Source: Alphaproteobacteria bacterium (GTDB taxonomy: Bacteria; Pseudomonadota; Alphaproteobacteria; SP197). From it: a stretch of 64,000 bases of DNA. Shown piece by piece: positions 1 through 10,216 of the stretch. The stretch spans positions 576,001 through 640,000 of the forward strand of contig OZ219918.1 in the NCBI GenBank assembly GCA_964291415.2, read 5' to 3'. A program made the position numbers and the translations under genes. The notes under the pieces are model-generated. The model saw nothing but the letters and a program-made list of their open reading frames with translations, was not told where the DNA came from and did no database searches. Positions within the stretch are counted from its first letter, which is position 1, and every line of letters starts with the position of its first letter.

Positions 1-1004
1 GCCATGACGGCGACGGGTTGTCCGGCCACCAGCCATTCGCCCGCTCCAACGGTGCCGTGGTCAAAGCCGAGAAGAACCGTCTGATAGTTGTCGCCGTGAT
101 CGATGACCAGAAGAGGACCGCTTCCGTTGAAGGGACCAGAATGGAGGACGACGCCATCAAAGGGCGTGATGACCGGTTCGCCCGGCGCCGTGGCGATACG
201 CAGGCGGTGGCGCCCGTCGGTGACGCCGCGTGCGGGGTAGGGCAGGGTGCTCTTCCGCGATTCGATACCCGTCACCATCAGGGCCGTTCGGATATCTGCT
301 GTCAGGAGGTTGCCAAGAGACGCCTGTGCCATCGATTCTGCCGCGAGGCGATGGAGAAACGACGTCAGTGTCGCCGGCGCTTCGATCACGGGTTTCTGCT
401 CGACCGTCAGCGGTGCCAGGATCTCCCGGACACGTTCGCTTGCGAAGTCGATGTCCGCCTCGACCGCACGGAGTCTCCCGAGCGTATCGAGTCTGGCTGC
501 ATCCATGCCTTCCTGGACGGCAGCGAGCGCACTCAACTCATCCAGGAGTCGTGTCATGTCCTTCATGTGCCTTTCGATGCCGGTCACCAGAACATGGGCG
601 ACAACGGAGGAACGGTGAACAACGGACAACGGAGCAGGCATCGCGATGACCACGCCACGCGGGATGCCGGACACCCGGTGGAACACGCTGACACGGGTGC
701 CCCAGGCCTCGCGATGGGGCTCGAGGCTTGCAAGTCCGGATTCGATCCTGCGATCGATGTCGTCGAGATCTTCGCGCGTCGATACGAGGATGTCGGCAAG
801 GCGGCGCCTTTCGGATTCGCCGGCCAGCAGCGTGTCGCGCAGCGAAGCGAGGTCAGCCGTCGAAGGGGAAGGCTCCTGGGTCGGCGCATCACTGCCCATG
901 GATATCAGGGTTTCGAGGTCGCCTGGAGATTCGTCACCCGCAACAGGTGTGTGAACAAGGAGACCCGCCGAAAGCAGCAGGATTGCCAGGCATGAACGAC
1001 TCAT
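1..1004 (-). CDS. envC: Murein hydrolase activator EnvC-like protein (M23 peptidase domain), runs off the window edge
   Basis: Not in the ORF track. Translated by hand from ATG 1004 (ATGA overlap with the gpmI stop): signal peptide MSRSCLAILLLSAGLL, helical middle region, then M23-like VITPFDGVVLHSGPFNGSGPLLVIDHGDNYQTVLLG..VGAGEWLVAGQPVAVM. Usual position downstream of gpmI. Confidence 0.8.
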   Translation of the reverse strand, partial: MSRSCLAILLLSAGLLVHTPVAGDESPGDLETLISMGSDAPTQEPSPSTADLASLRDTLLAGESERRRLADILVSTREDLDDIDRRIESGLASLEPHREAWGTRVSVFHRVSGIPRGVVIAMPAPLSVVHRSSVVAHVLVTGIERHMKDMTRLLDELSALAAVQEGMDAARLDTLGRLRAVEADIDFASERVREILAPLTVEQKPVIEAPATLTSFLHRLAAESMAQASLGNLLTADIRTALMVTGIESRKSTLPYPARGVTDGRHRLRIATAPGEPVITPFDGVVLHSGPFNGSGPLLVIDHGDNYQTVLLGFDHGTVGAGEWLVAGQPVAVM

Positions 1005-2533
1005 GGATGCGGCAAGAGCAGCGACCGTCCGGACATTTCGTCCGGCTTAGCAAGGTCCAGGAGATGCAGCAGGGTAGGTGCGAGATCCTGCAGGGACCCC
1101 TTGCGAAGTCTGTGGTCAGGCGGGTCCTGGATGAGGGCAAGGGGTACGGGATTGGTCGTGTGCGCCGTGTGCGGGCCGCCGGTCGCCGGATCCAGCATGG
1201 TCTCGATGTTGCCATGATCGGCGGTGACCACAAGGCGGCCTCCCATGTCGGCGACGGCATTTGCCATGGCGCCAAGACACTGATCGACGGCTTCAACCGC
1301 CTTGACGGCCGCCGGAATGACCCCGGTATGACCGACCATGTCAGGATTGGCGAGGTTGCAGATGATGACATCGAAGGTGTTGTCGCGCACAGCTGACACG
1401 AGTCGCCGCGTGACCTCGAATGCCGCCATTTCGGGTTTGAGGTCGTAGGTGGCCACGTCGGGCGAGGGAACGAGAATGCGCTCCTCACCCGGAAAGACAT
1501 GCTCTCGTCCGCCGTTGAAGAAGTACGTGACATGGGCATATTTTTCGGTCTCGGCGATACGCAGCTGGCGCATGCCGGCATCGGCAATCAGGCTACCGAA
1601 ACTGCTCTGTGTCTCCGGGGACGGGAACAACGCCGGAAGGTGTCGATCGAGGTGGGCGGCATAGGGAACCATGCCGGCGCATCCGGCGAATTGCGGTTTC
1701 CGGTCCCTGTCGAAACCGGCAAAGGCAGGGTCGACGAGGGCGCCCGTGATCTGCCGCACCCTGTCGGCACGGAAGTTGGCCATGATGAGGCCATCGCCAT
1801 CACACATGCCGGCATAGGCGCCGATGATGGCGGGTGCGACGAACTCGTCGGTCAGCCCCGCCTTGCGGGCTCGGTCCATGGCCTCGCCCATCGTGCCGGA
1901 TCGCGCACCGTCTCCCTTGACCATGGCCGCCCACGCCGGTTTCACACGCTGCCAGCGCCGATCCCGGTCCATGGCGTAGTAGCGTCCCGTCAGGGTCGCG
2001 ATCCGGGCGTGGGGGGCGGCGCCGGCGAATCGCTCGAGATAGGACTGAGCGCTGGATGGTGGCGTATCGCGGCCATCGAGGAAGGCATGGACGACAACAT
2101 CGATCCCGTGGTCGTGGAACATGTTGGCGAGTGCTGCCATGTGATCCTGATGACTGTGGACGCCGCCGGGCGACAGGAGACCGGCGAGATGACATACGCC
2201 TCGGCTGCGCTTGAGTGTCCCGATCAGGTCCCCGAGCACCGGATTGCCGGCCAGGGATCCATCTCGGACGGCAGCGTCGATGCGCGGCAGGTTCTGCACG
2301 ATGATGCGGCCCGCACCCATGGTGAGATGACCGACTTCGGAGTTGCCCATCTGGCCGCACGGCAGTCCGACGGCTTCGCCGGAGGTGGCGAGCGTCGTCA
2401 CGGCGCGGGAGCCGGAGATCGTCGCCCAGGTGGGGGTTGTCGCCAGGCTGATGGCATTGCCTGGCCCGGCTTCGGCAACACCCCAGCCGTCGAGGATGCA
2501 AAAGACCAGTGGCCGGGAGATGATTCCAGACAT
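1001..2533 (-). CDS. gpmI: 2,3-bisphosphoglycerate-independent phosphoglycerate mutase
   Basis: ILDGWG, GQMGNSEVGH, DGRD, GRYYAMDRD, AETEKYAHVT, NPDMVGHTG, TADHGN. Start moved to ATG 2533 (MSGIISRP). Confidence 0.97.
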   Translation of the reverse strand: MSGIISRPLVFCILDGWGVAEAGPGNAISLATTPTWATISGSRAVTTLATSGEAVGLPCGQMGNSEVGHLTMGAGRIIVQNLPRIDAAVRDGSLAGNPVLGDLIGTLKRSRGVCHLAGLLSPGGVHSHQDHMAALANMFHDHGIDVVVHAFLDGRDTPPSSAQSYLERFAGAAPHARIATLTGRYYAMDRDRRWQRVKPAWAAMVKGDGARSGTMGEAMDRARKAGLTDEFVAPAIIGAYAGMCDGDGLIMANFRADRVRQITGALVDPAFAGFDRDRKPQFAGCAGMVPYAAHLDRHLPALFPSPETQSSFGSLIADAGMRQLRIAETEKYAHVTYFFNGGREHVFPGEERILVPSPDVATYDLKPEMAAFEVTRRLVSAVRDNTFDVIICNLANPDMVGHTGVIPAAVKAVEAVDQCLGAMANAVADMGGRLVVTADHGNIETMLDPATGGPHTAHTTNPVPLALIQDPPDHRLRKGSLQDLAPTLLHLLDLAKPDEMSGRSLLLPHP

Positions 2534-2565
2534 GGTTCGACCCTCGTCAGAGCCGACCGGGGGCG

Positions 2566-2892
2566 TCAGGCAGTGGCTTCCACGGGAAGCAGGGCGGGCA
2601 TCGCCCACATCCGTTCCAGGTTGTAGAGACTGCGCAGGTCATTGTGGAATATGTGGACGATCACGTCGCCCAGATCGATCAGGATCCAGTCGCCGGGATC
2701 GTATCCTTCCATGCTGGTGATACGTCGTCCATGGCCCTTGAGGGCTGTGGCGACCCTGTCGGCCAGGGCCGTAACCTGTCTTTGGGTCTGTCCGCCACAC
2801 ACGATCATGGAGTCGGCGAACGTTGTTTTCCCGGCAAGGTCGATGACCACAACGTCATCTGCCTTGCCATCTTCCAGTACCTTCGTCGTCAC
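2566..2892 (-). CDS. rsfS: Ribosome silencing factor RsfS (Iojap); true start may lie upstream
   Basis: KADDVVVIDL, WILIDLGDVIVHIF, YNLERMW; follows nadD. Confidence 0.93.
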   Translation of the reverse strand: MTTKVLEDGKADDVVVIDLAGKTTFADSMIVCGGQTQRQVTALADRVATALKGHGRRITSMEGYDPGDWILIDLGDVIVHIFHNDLRSLYNLERMWAMPALLPVEATA

Positions 2893-2929
2893 GGCGACGA
2901 GGTCCAGGTCCTCATCCCTGGAAGCGGTT

Positions 2930-3589
2930 TCATGAGGAATGGATGACTCTCCCCTTGCTCATGTCACGGTTGGTTTGCTCGGCGAAGGCGAAACGCGTGT
3001 CGCCTGATCTGATGGCCGTTGCCGAGGCGCCGTGTCTGTGGCCGACAATGAGTGCCCAGACAGGCGGCTTCCTCAAAATCAGGGATCTCGCCTGGTGTCC
3101 CTTTATGCGGCAACGTCGGTAGCGTATGGCTGCCCTGCCCGTCAGACTTGTCAGAGAATAGGGAGCCCGGTCGAACACTGCAATGGGGATCATGGCAAAG
3201 AGTCGTTCCCAGTGCTTCCACAGGTGGACCCCGGCGAGGTTGTCCGCTCCCATGAGCCAGGCGAATCGGCAGGACGGAAGCCGGCGCTTGAGGCAGGCGA
3301 CGGTATCGACCGTGTAGAGTGTTCCAAGACCGGCCTCGAGTCCGGTCACCGAGATTCTTGCGCCCTTCGCAAAGGTCCGGGCCCTGTGCAGCCGCTCGGG
3401 AAAGGACAGCATGCCGCGGACGGGCTTCAAGGGATTGTGCGGCGCCACCAGCCACCAGACCTCATCGAGGCCCAGCTGACGACGGGCGACATGGCTGACA
3501 AAAAGATGCCCCTCGTGAGCGGGATTGAACGAACCACCGAGAAGGCCGATGCGTTGGCCACGGCCGGCATGGAGTATCGGTTGGGTCAG
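2930..3589 (-). CDS. nadD: Nicotinate-nucleotide adenylyltransferase (probable CTG start)
   Basis: The frame extends upstream of the tracked GTG (3448) to include IGLLGGSFNPAHEGH; also LYTVDT, WLMGADN, HWKHW, SATAIR. Confidence 0.92.
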   Translation of the reverse strand: MTQPILHAGRGQRIGLLGGSFNPAHEGHLFVSHVARRQLGLDEVWWLVAPHNPLKPVRGMLSFPERLHRARTFAKGARISVTGLEAGLGTLYTVDTVACLKRRLPSCRFAWLMGADNLAGVHLWKHWERLFAMIPIAVFDRAPYSLTSLTGRAAIRYRRCRIKGHQARSLILRKPPVWALIVGHRHGASATAIRSGDTRFAFAEQTNRDMSKGRVIHSS

Positions 3590-4872
3590 GGCCGGGTCTG
3601 TCCGCTGCCGCGCACGATGTACTTCATGGTGGTCAGCTGCTCGACACCCACCGGTCCCCGTGCATGCAGCCTGTTGGTTGAAATGCCGATCTCAGCCCCC
3701 ATGCCGAACTCGCCACCGTCGGCAAACTGCGTCGACGCATTCCACATGGCAATGGCGCTCGGCGTACGGGCGAGAAAGTACTCGGCGATGGATTGGTCCC
3801 TTGTGACGATGGCGTCGGTATGTTCCGAACCGTGACGCTTGATGTGGTCGAGGGCGCCCACGACCCCATCGACGGAGGCAACCGAAATCACCGCATCGAG
3901 GTACTCCGTCGACCAGTCATTGGCGGAAGCCGGCTTCACCCTGGGATCGAGTGGCTCGGTGGAGCGGTCCCCGCGAACCTCGCACCCATGGTCCAGGAGG
4001 GCCTGGACGACGGTCCTTCTCCCGGCGTCGCCAAGAGAGCTGTCGAGCAGCAGTGTTTCTGCTGCGCCGCAGATGCTGGTGCGCCGCATCTTGGCATTGA
4101 TGGCGATGTCGCAGGCCATGTCCAGATCGGCATCGGCGTCCACATAGACATGGCAAAGCCCGACGAGGTGGGCGAGAACGGGAACACGACTTTCCCGCTG
4201 CACGCGCTCCACGAGTGAAGGGCCGCCGCGTGGCACGATGATGTCGATCCAGCGGGTCATGGTGAGCATCTCGCCCACCGCCGCCCGATCGGTAACCGGC
4301 ACCATCTGGATGCCGTCTTCGGGGAGGTCGGCGGACGCGAGCCCCTCTCGCAGGCACCTGGCAATGACGTGCGATGTGGCGACGCTCTCCGAGCCACCGC
4401 GCAGGATGGCGGCGTTTCCTGATTTGAGACAGAGCGCCCCGGCGTCTGCCGTGACGTTGGGGCGGGATTCGTAGATGATCCCGACAACGCCGAGCGGAAC
4501 GGAGACCCGCGCGATATCGAGGCCGTTCGGACGGCTCCAGCGAGACTGTTCGCGTCCCACCGGATCGTCCAGGAGTGCGATGGCGTCCAGGGCGGCGGCC
4601 ATGGACTCGATCCTGGAATGATCGAGAGTGAGACGCTCGAGCATGGGAGCCGGTATGTTCGCCGCCCGGGCGTTCTCGAGATCGATGAGGTTGGCGGCAA
4701 GAATGGCGTCGCGGTCGTTCCGCAGGCAGGTGGCGGCGCGATCGAGGGCACGGCGCTTTTGCGCATCCGGCGCATGAGCCAGAACTCCGGCAGCATGGCG
4801 GGCTGCCTGGCCAAGATCCTCCATCATATCCGCGATGGCACGTGCGTCCTCGCGTCGAGCGGTACGGGTCAT
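3586..4872 (-). CDS. proA: Gamma-glutamyl phosphate reductase
   Basis: VPLGVVGIIYESRPNVT, LKSGNAAILRGGSE, PRGG, SICGAAE, NASTQFADGGEFGMGAEIGIST. Confidence 0.98.
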   Translation of the reverse strand: MTRTARREDARAIADMMEDLGQAARHAAGVLAHAPDAQKRRALDRAATCLRNDRDAILAANLIDLENARAANIPAPMLERLTLDHSRIESMAAALDAIALLDDPVGREQSRWSRPNGLDIARVSVPLGVVGIIYESRPNVTADAGALCLKSGNAAILRGGSESVATSHVIARCLREGLASADLPEDGIQMVPVTDRAAVGEMLTMTRWIDIIVPRGGPSLVERVQRESRVPVLAHLVGLCHVYVDADADLDMACDIAINAKMRRTSICGAAETLLLDSSLGDAGRRTVVQALLDHGCEVRGDRSTEPLDPRVKPASANDWSTEYLDAVISVASVDGVVGALDHIKRHGSEHTDAIVTRDQSIAEYFLARTPSAIAMWNASTQFADGGEFGMGAEIGISTNRLHARGPVGVEQLTTMKYIVRGSGQTRP

Positions 4873-5981
4873 GACAGCACCAGATCATCCCTGTGGATCA
4901 GTTCCTCGCGACCTCGATAGCCCAGGAGCCGCTCGATTTCACTGCTTTTCTGGCCGGCAATGGATTCGGCGTCGTCCCGGGAGTAGGCGACGAGTCCGCG
5001 GGCGATCTCGACCCCGTCCGGGTCCTGGACGACGACGGCGTCGCCCTTGCGGAAAGCGCCGGCGACACCCGTCACGCCCGCCGGCAACAGGCTGCGGCCG
5101 CGATTGAGGGCGGCATGGGCCCCGGCATCCACCGTGATGGTGCCGGAGGGCTTGAGGGATCCGGCAATCCAGCGCTTGCGGGCGCCCGCCGGGTTGTCCC
5201 TGGCTATGAACCACGTGCAGGGCCGACCTTCGAGAATGGCGCGCAGGGGATGCTGGATGTGGCCGTTGGAGATCACCATGTGGCAGCCCGCCGTCATGGC
5301 GATTCCGGCGGCGATGAGCTTGGTCTGCATGCCCCCCGACGAGTCGCCGGTCCGGACCCGGCCCGCCATGGCCTCGATGCGGGGTGTGATCGCGTCGACC
5401 TGTTCCACCAGGGACGCCCCGGGATCGACCTTCGGATCCCTCTCGTAGAGACCGTCGATGTCCGACAGCAGGACGAGGATGTCGGCACTCGCCATCATGG
5501 CGACACGGGCTGACAGCCTGTCGTTGTCGCCGAAGCGGATTTCGTGGGTGGCGATGGTGTCGTTTTCGTTGATGACCGGAATCACGCCGTACTTCAGGAG
5601 ACGGCTGAGCGTGTTGAGCGCGTTGATGTAGCGCCGGCGATCCTCGGTATCGTCCAGCGTGAGGAGGAGTTGCGCGGTGCCCGTGTCGTGGCGGTTGAGA
5701 GCATCCTGGTAGGCGTGTACCAGCCGTGCCTGGCCGGCGGCGGCGGCGGCCTGGCTGTCATCGAGACGCAAGCGTCCCGGGGGGAGACCGAGATGGCGCC
5801 GGCCGATGGCGATAGCGCCGGAGGTGACGATCACCACCTCACAGCCGCCGTTTCGCATCAGGGTGATGTCGTCGGCCAGGGAATGGAGCCAGGACCGCCG
5901 GATCCGCCCGTCATGCTCGTCCACGAGCAGTGACGATCCGATCTTGATGACGATCCTGCTGGCCTGATCCAGCCGGGGCAC
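4869..5981 (-). CDS. proB: Glutamate 5-kinase with PUA domain
   Basis: IKIGSSL, TSGAIA, PVINENDT, FGDNDRLSA, SSGGMQTK, C-terminal PUA (GRSLLPAGV). Confidence 0.98.
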   Translation of the reverse strand: MPRLDQASRIVIKIGSSLLVDEHDGRIRRSWLHSLADDITLMRNGGCEVVIVTSGAIAIGRRHLGLPPGRLRLDDSQAAAAAGQARLVHAYQDALNRHDTGTAQLLLTLDDTEDRRRYINALNTLSRLLKYGVIPVINENDTIATHEIRFGDNDRLSARVAMMASADILVLLSDIDGLYERDPKVDPGASLVEQVDAITPRIEAMAGRVRTGDSSGGMQTKLIAAGIAMTAGCHMVISNGHIQHPLRAILEGRPCTWFIARDNPAGARKRWIAGSLKPSGTITVDAGAHAALNRGRSLLPAGVTGVAGAFRKGDAVVVQDPDGVEIARGLVAYSRDDAESIAGQKSSEIERLLGYRGREELIHRDDLVLS

Positions 5982-5994
5982 GGAACGTCAGTCC

Positions 5995-6993
5995 TCAACG
6001 GTTGCGGCGCTGTCGGACGAGTTCCGCCAGCTGCCGCAGGAGCTCCGGCACGCCCTCGCCGGTAACCGCCGAAATCGCATGGGCACTGCAGCCTGCGGAA
6101 TCGGAGAGCTGCCGCAGGGCGTGCTGCCGGTCGCTGTCGCCGACGGCGTCGATCTTGGTGAGAACCGGCACCACGGTACGTGCCGCGAGGTCATGGCCGT
6201 AGGATTCGATCTCGTGGCGCACCGTCAGGAAATCGGCGGCCGGATCGACGGATGTCCCGTCCACGAGGTGAAGCAGGGCCGCACAGCGTTCCGCATGACC
6301 AAGGAAGCGGTCTCCGAGACCCGTCCCCTTGTGCGCTCCCTTGATGAGACCGGGGAGGTCGGCAAGGACGAAGCCTTCCTCGTCCCGCTCGACCTTGCCG
6401 AGGTGGGGATGAAGCGTGGTGAAGGGATAGTCGGCGATCTTCGGATGGGCTCGTGTGACCACCGAGAGCAGGGTCGACTTGCCGGCATTGGGCAGACCGA
6501 CCATGCCGATGTCGGCGATGAGCTTGAGACGCAGCCACACCCACATCTCCTCTCCGGGACGCCCCGGCTCGGCAACCCTTGGTGCGCGGTTGGTCGACGA
6601 CTTGAAGCGGGCGTTGCCGCGGCCGCCGATGCCGCCAGGGAGCAGGATCATCCGTTCGCCGGGACGTGTCAGGTCTGCGAGAACGGTCTTCCTGTCCTCG
6701 GCAAGAACCTCGGTGCCTGGTGGCAGATTGATGACGATGTCGCTGGCACCGGCGCCGGAGCGCTGGTTTCCGCCACCGGGCATACCGGTGCGCGCCCGGA
6801 AGTGCTGGCGATAGCGGAAATCGATCAGGGTGTTGAGGCCTTCGACACAGGCAAGGACGATATCGCCGCCCCGTCCGCCGTCACCGCCGTCGGGTCCGCC
6901 AAACTCGACATGCTTCTCGCGACGGAAACTCACGGCGCCGCTGCCGCCGTCGCCGCTCTTCAGACAGATTTTCGCTTCATCGAGAAACTTCAT
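5995..6993 (-). CDS. obgE: GTPase ObgE/CgtA
   Basis: FRREK..GGPDGGDGGRGG, GLPNAGKST, DYPFTTL, DLPG, TKID. Confidence 0.98.
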   Translation of the reverse strand: MKFLDEAKICLKSGDGGSGAVSFRREKHVEFGGPDGGDGGRGGDIVLACVEGLNTLIDFRYRQHFRARTGMPGGGNQRSGAGASDIVINLPPGTEVLAEDRKTVLADLTRPGERMILLPGGIGGRGNARFKSSTNRAPRVAEPGRPGEEMWVWLRLKLIADIGMVGLPNAGKSTLLSVVTRAHPKIADYPFTTLHPHLGKVERDEEGFVLADLPGLIKGAHKGTGLGDRFLGHAERCAALLHLVDGTSVDPAADFLTVRHEIESYGHDLAARTVVPVLTKIDAVGDSDRQHALRQLSDSAGCSAHAISAVTGEGVPELLRQLAELVRQRRNR

Positions 6994-7023
6994 GCCGGCA
7001 TTCCCTGCCAGGCATCGAAGCCC

Positions 7024-7293
7024 TCACTCCGCGGCGAGAGCCGGAGGAACGACGTCGATGTAGGTCCGGGTGCGCCCCGCACGGCGGAACTGCACGGTGC
7101 CGGCCGATGTGGCGAAGAGCGTGTGGTCCTTGCCCATCCCGACATTGGATCCCGGATGGAACCTGGTGCCGCGCTGGCGGATGATGATGTTGCCGGGGAT
7201 CACGTTCTCGCCCCCGAACTTCTTGAGGCCAAGCCTCTGCCCTGGGGAATCACGCCCGTTGCGCGAACTGCCGCCTGCCTTCTTGTGGGCCAT
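7024..7293 (-). CDS. rpmA: 50S ribosomal protein L27
   Basis: [29 protein letters not shown]. Confidence 0.99.
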   Translation of the reverse strand: MAHKKAGGSSRNGRDSPGQRLGLKKFGGENVIPGNIIIRQRGTRFHPGSNVGMGKDHTLFATSAGTVQFRRAGRTRTYIDVVPPALAAE

Positions 7294-7310
7294 GGATCAA
7301 TCCTCCCTCA

Positions 7311-7634
7311 TCAGGCGCTGTCGCCGGAGGCACTGTCGAGGATCTCTCTCACCCGGACGACTGTCTGTTGCTGGCGGTGGCCGGCGCGCCGGCGGTACTT
7401 CTTCCGGCGCTTCTTCTTGAAGACGAGAATCTTGGCCTGACGCTTGTGTTCCAGGATCTCGGCCTTCACGCTGGCGCCGGTGGCATTGGTGTCGATTGAA
7501 TCCTCGTCACCGACCATCAGGACTCTCGTGAACTCGACGACATCGCCGGGGTCGCCATCGAGGCGCTCCACACTGAGCACACCCTCGGGTTCCACCCGGT
7601 ACTGCTTGCCGCCGGTCTGGATGACTGCATACAT
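7311..7634 (-). CDS. rplU: 50S ribosomal protein L21
   Basis: MYAVIQTGGKQYRV, FKKKRRKKY..GHRQ; start at ATG 7634. Confidence 0.99.
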   Translation of the reverse strand: MYAVIQTGGKQYRVEPEGVLSVERLDGDPGDVVEFTRVLMVGDEDSIDTNATGASVKAEILEHKRQAKILVFKKKRRKKYRRRAGHRQQQTVVRVREILDSASGDSA

Positions 7635-7740
7635 CGTCGGTTCCGCCAGTCTTCGCCCTGCCGCCATGGCAGGGGAGCGTTATAGTGCGGACCCGCGCAA
7701 AGTCAACATCCGTCGAAGAACCTGGCCCGGCCGATCACCA

Positions 7741-8163
7741 TCAGCGATAGAGTTCGTCCCACAGGAAGATGGTGCACACCATGAAGGCGAGGAGCGAATA
7801 GAGCAGGGTGGTGAGCACCTCGTGCGGAGTGCAGGCAAACAGGGCCACCCGGCCCTGCTTGTCATGACCGAAGATCGGTGGTGCGTGATCGGGAGCGGTC
7901 CGCTGCGTCATGATGACAGCCAGCGGAATGAAACCGAGAACATAGGCAAAGGGCGCCAGATCACTCATGTCCAGGAAGGGAAAGTAGCCGCTGGCCCCAA
8001 AGATGCCCACGGGAAGGATCGACCAGAAGAACCCCATGTTCGCCAGGAACTCGGTGTTCATTTCCGTGGCCTTGCCAAACCCGCGGCACAGCATCGCCAG
8101 CATGGAGGCGAGCAGAAAGCCGCAGAACATCCAGATGGCCAATCCGGCGCCAGTCAGTTCCAT
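7741..8163 (-). CDS. Hypothetical membrane protein (about 4 predicted TM segments)
   Basis: 140 aa ORF with alternating hydrophobic stretches; fills the gap between the SDR and rplU. No family recognised. Confidence 0.6.
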   Translation of the reverse strand: MELTGAGLAIWMFCGFLLASMLAMLCRGFGKATEMNTEFLANMGFFWSILPVGIFGASGYFPFLDMSDLAPFAYVLGFIPLAVIMTQRTAPDHAPPIFGHDKQGRVALFACTPHEVLTTLLYSLLAFMVCTIFLWDELYR

Positions 8164-8237
8164 GGATCGTTTCCCCGCGCGGTTGTGATGGTCCGCGAGC
8201 CGCGATTATAGGGAGGTCGCCCGGGCCAGCGCAACCG

Positions 8238-8999
8238 TCACCCCCTGCCGATGTACGGCATGGTATTGGCCATGACGGTGACGAAGGGAATGTTGGCATC
8301 GAGCGGCAAGTTGGCGATCAGGAGGACGGTGTTGACGACATTGGCGACATCCATCACAGGCTCCGGCGCGATGCGCCCGTCGGCCTGTTCCAGGCCATCG
8401 CCCGCGCCCGCGGTCATGTCGGTCAGGGCGTTGCCGATGTCGATCTGGCTGCAGCAGATGTCATGGGACCTGCCGTCGAGGCAGATGGAACGGGTGAGAC
8501 CGGTCACGGCGTGCTTCGTTGCCGTATAGGGAGCGGAGAACGGGCGTGGCACGTGGGCCGACACCGAGCCGTTGTTGATGATCCGCCCGCCCCTGGGGGT
8601 TTGCGCCTTCATGAGTCGCATCGCATGGCGTGCCATCAGGAAGGATCCTGTCAGGTTGGTATCGACGACGGCCTGCCACTCGTCGATCTCCAGGTCTTCG
8701 AGAGGAACGGCCCTTGCACCGATGCCGGCATTGTTGAACAGGAGATCGAGGCGGGAGAAACGCTGCTCGAAACCGGCAAAGAGGTCACTGACCGAGTCGG
8801 GTTGCGTGACGTCGCACGGCATCGCGACAAGGCGCCCCTCGAGGTCCGGGCGCTCCGCCGCCACGCTGTCGAGACGTTCCTTGCGGCGCCCGGCAAGCAC
8901 GACCTGAAAACCCTCATCGGCGAGTCCGAGCGCGGTGGCGCGCCCGATGCCTGCGCTGGCGCCCGTCACAATTGCAACCCGCTGGTTGCCGTCACCCAT
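8238..8999 (-). CDS. Short-chain dehydrogenase/reductase
   Basis: [12 protein letters not shown], catalytic S and YTATK. Confidence 0.93.
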   Translation of the reverse strand: MGDGNQRVAIVTGASAGIGRATALGLADEGFQVVLAGRRKERLDSVAAERPDLEGRLVAMPCDVTQPDSVSDLFAGFEQRFSRLDLLFNNAGIGARAVPLEDLEIDEWQAVVDTNLTGSFLMARHAMRLMKAQTPRGGRIINNGSVSAHVPRPFSAPYTATKHAVTGLTRSICLDGRSHDICCSQIDIGNALTDMTAGAGDGLEQADGRIAPEPVMDVANVVNTVLLIANLPLDANIPFVTVMANTMPYIGRG

Positions 9000-9109
9000 G
9001 GTTTCTTCCCTTCGGCGTTGCCCAGGCAGGATGTCGTTTCGTCAAGCCGCACGATAGGGTCTGATGACATCGTGGTCATCCCCTTCGTCACGCGAGCGAG
9101 GACACTCCC

Positions 9110-10216
9110 ATGAAGATCTCCCGCATTTCCTTCTACGGCCTGGAGCTCCCCTACCGGGAAGGCTCCTACCGCTGCCGCAATCATACGGAGTACGGACAGA
9201 CGACGACCATCGTGAGGATCGACTCCGATGAGGGGATCACCGGGTGGGGAGAGATCGCCCCCCTTGGCGCCTTCTATTCCGAGGCCTTCACCGGCGGCGT
9301 ACGCGCCGGACTGGAGCGCCTCGCGCCTGAGTTGCTGGGTGCCGACCCGAGGGAAACGGGCAAGCTTGCCCGCATCATGGATGCGGCGATGCATGGTCAG
9401 ATGGACGTCAAGTCACCCCTTGACATTGCGTTCTGGGATATTGCCGCAAAGGCGGCAGGGATCCCCCTGGCGGAATATCTCGGGGGACGCGACGGCGGGT
9501 CCGTCGCCCTCTACCGTTCGGTATCGCAGGCCTCGCCGGAGATCATGCTGGACTCGGCCCGCCGTCATGTGGCCGAGGGGTACCGCCGGCTCCAGGTGAA
9601 GGTGGGAGACGACCCGGTCCTGGATGCCGGCCGTCTCCAGGCCATTGCCGATGACATCGACGGCAGCGTCGTCATCTTCTGCGACGCCAACGGCGCCTGG
9701 ACCAGCCACGATGCCCTGCGCTTCGTCGAGAGGACCAGGGGAATCGACTATGTCCTCGAACAGCCCTGCCGGACTCTGGACGAGAACCTGGTGGTCAGGC
9801 GTCATGCGGCAGTCCCGATGGTTCTTGACGAGAGCGCCGACAGCCTTGATGCCCTGTTGCGCATTCACCGCGACGGCATGGCTGACGGCATCACCGTCAA
9901 GATATCCAGGTTCGGCGGCATTACCCGCGCCAGGAGGATCCGCGATCTCGCCGTCGATCTCGGACTCATGGTCACGGTCGAGTGTGTCGGCGGGGCCGAT
10001 ATCGCGAGTGCCGCCATTGCCCACATGTCGCTCTCCACGCCGGAATCGATGCGGCTCCACACGGTCGATTTCCACAACTGGGTGACGGTGTCGAACGCCA
10101 CCGGGCTGCCGGAGATTGCCGGAGGTGTCATGCGCGCGCCTGTGAGCCCGGGCCTCGGCGTGACGCCACGCGACGACGTCATCGGCGAGGCCCTGTTCTC
10201 ATGCCACGCTGCCTGA
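9110..10216 (+). CDS. Mandelate racemase/muconate lactonizing enzyme family (hydroxyproline/proline-betaine epimerase or dehydratase-like)
   Basis: GITGWGE, DIAFWDIAAKAAG.PL, QVKVG, DANGAW, EQP, DE, KISRFGGIT. Confidence 0.88.
   Translation: MKISRISFYGLELPYREGSYRCRNHTEYGQTTTIVRIDSDEGITGWGEIAPLGAFYSEAFTGGVRAGLERLAPELLGADPRETGKLARIMDAAMHGQMDVKSPLDIAFWDIAAKAAGIPLAEYLGGRDGGSVALYRSVSQASPEIMLDSARRHVAEGYRRLQVKVGDDPVLDAGRLQAIADDIDGSVVIFCDANGAWTSHDALRFVERTRGIDYVLEQPCRTLDENLVVRRHAAVPMVLDESADSLDALLRIHRDGMADGITVKISRFGGITRARRIRDLAVDLGLMVTVECVGGADIASAAIAHMSLSTPESMRLHTVDFHNWVTVSNATGLPEIAGGVMRAPVSPGLGVTPRDDVIGEALFSCHAA

Noticed and set aside
18-995. 325-aa + strand ORF
   Set aside because: Antisense shadow of the EnvC-like gene, which has recognisable motifs and operon coupling.
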